In this document: one piece after another, positions 63,444 to 64,000 of the stretch
Layout: every line of letters begins with the position of its first letter
Position numbering within the stretch: the first letter of the stretch is position 1
From: Patescibacteria group bacterium
GTDB taxonomy: Bacteria > Patescibacteriota > Minisyncoccia > UBA6257 > 2-01-FULL-56-20
Assembly: GCA_038063755.1 (NCBI GenBank)
Contig: JBBTUL010000008.1
Coordinates: forward strand, 17,910 to 81,909
DNA: 64,000 nt
Reading direction: 5' to 3'
Program-made: the position numbers and the translations under genes
Notes under the pieces: model-generated
Seen by the model: only the letters and a program-made list of their open reading frames with translations
The model's database searches: none
What the model was told of the DNA's origin: nothing

Positions 63444-64000
63444 GTGGCTGTTCTTGTGGCGTTATTTTCGGGGTACCTTCTGAGGTTGTTTATCGGATAT
63501 AGGCAATTTTTCTTGCCGTTTCTGGGGGGGGTGCTTTTGCTTTTAGTGATCTCGTTTTTCGGAACACTTCTCATCGAAGGATGGAAGCGAAGGGCTTTTG
63601 TTCATCTGCTCCAAGCGACTGCGTTTGTTTCCTGGTTTTATGGAGAGCCGATGAAGTTTGTTTTGCCGGCACTGGGCGTATTGTTCTTTTTCCTACTCTG
63701 GGGGAGCGGAAGAGGACGTTCGGAAATTTCAAATATCATCGAATTTAAATTCATACGAATTGCAAGACCGGTTATGACGAAGCTCGTTTCCGGCATAGCT
63801 CTTGCCGGAGTTTTGCTTTCTTTGCCGTCGTTTACTTCGGAGATGTTATTTGTTTCCCAGGATAAATTTGAATCCACATACGACAGCATCGCAAAAGTCG
63901 GGAATACGCTTTACGACAGAATAAACTTTTCCTCGACGCTTGGTGATCTCGTGCGGGGCATCGCGCGAACACAACTTTCCCAAAATCCACTGTTCAGCGC
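63444..64000 (+). CDS. Hypothetical polytopic membrane protein, 3'-truncated by the window end. The start is uncertain: GTG at 63444, or an ATG at 63336 overlapping the dnaK end.
   Basis: Continuous open frame to the window edge with several hydrophobic helices. Confidence 0.35.
   Translation, partial: MAVLVALFSGYLLRLFIGYRQFFLPFLGGVLLLLVISFFGTLLIEGWKRRAFVHLLQATAFVSWFYGEPMKFVLPALGVLFFFLLWGSGRGRSEISNIIEFKFIRIARPVMTKLVSGIALAGVLLSLPSFTSEMLFVSQDKFESTYDSIAKVGNTLYDRINFSSTLGDLVRGIARTQLSQNPLFS

Noticed and set aside
1-64000. CRISPR arrays, rRNA genes, transposases, integrases, and prophage structural genes.
   Set aside because: None was found. The repeats seen are short hairpins, tRNA stubs and gene-junction duplicates. 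There are no regularly spaced repeat-spacer units and no recognisable transposase or integrase ORF.

Overview
This 64-kb window looks like a small Patescibacteria/CPR-type bacterial genome segment. The evidence is the overall gene content and order, not any database search.

The first ~14 kb is a near-complete S10-spc-alpha ribosomal superoperon on the + strand: tuf, rpsJ, rplC through rplO, secY, adk, map. The 3' half of this operon has CPR-like traits: rpsE abuts rplO with no rpmD (L30), nothing follows map, and several r-proteins carry C-terminal extensions, including an L24 zinc ribbon. The S10 part is interrupted: an orphan ORF with its own terminators sits between rpsJ and rplC, and rplC has a new consensus promoter and long leader.

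Downstream are a GT2 glycosyltransferase, greA, lysS, dnaE (- strand), and a tRNA-rich hotspot. The hotspot contains tRNA-Thr(TGT), tRNA-Thr(GGT), rpmG and tRNA-Trp, interleaved with tRNA half-fragments and a GIY-YIG nuclease.

The hotspot is followed by the most unusual locus in the window. Two tandem paralogous ~580-aa proteins with more than 35 cysteines each, and no family I can name, sit behind a duplicated ~85-bp structured leader. Decayed N- and C-terminal gene stubs of further copies lie at the junctions. A receiver-only protein and an MBL-fold hydrolase follow.

Further downstream are an rplJ-rplL unit with an L10-type leader, and a GC-rich small ORF with a textbook sigma70 promoter next to tRNA-Val. 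Then come a CsoR-like metal/redox membrane cluster (CcdA-like, redoxin, ICMT) and a short dcw cluster (mraZ, rsmH, ftsL, ftsI, murF) with a recognisable MraZ operator. After tRNA-Glu with a duplicated 5' stub come a Cas4-like nuclease, a putative gamma-glutamyl ligase/amidohydrolase trio (two GCS2-like ligases plus a YafJ/EgtC-type class-II GATase), a membrane S1 protease, ychF and a pilin-LamG fusion. The window ends with recR-dnaB-cysS-corA on the - strand and hrcA-grpE-dnaK on the + strand.

No CRISPR array, rRNA gene or recognisable transposase was seen.
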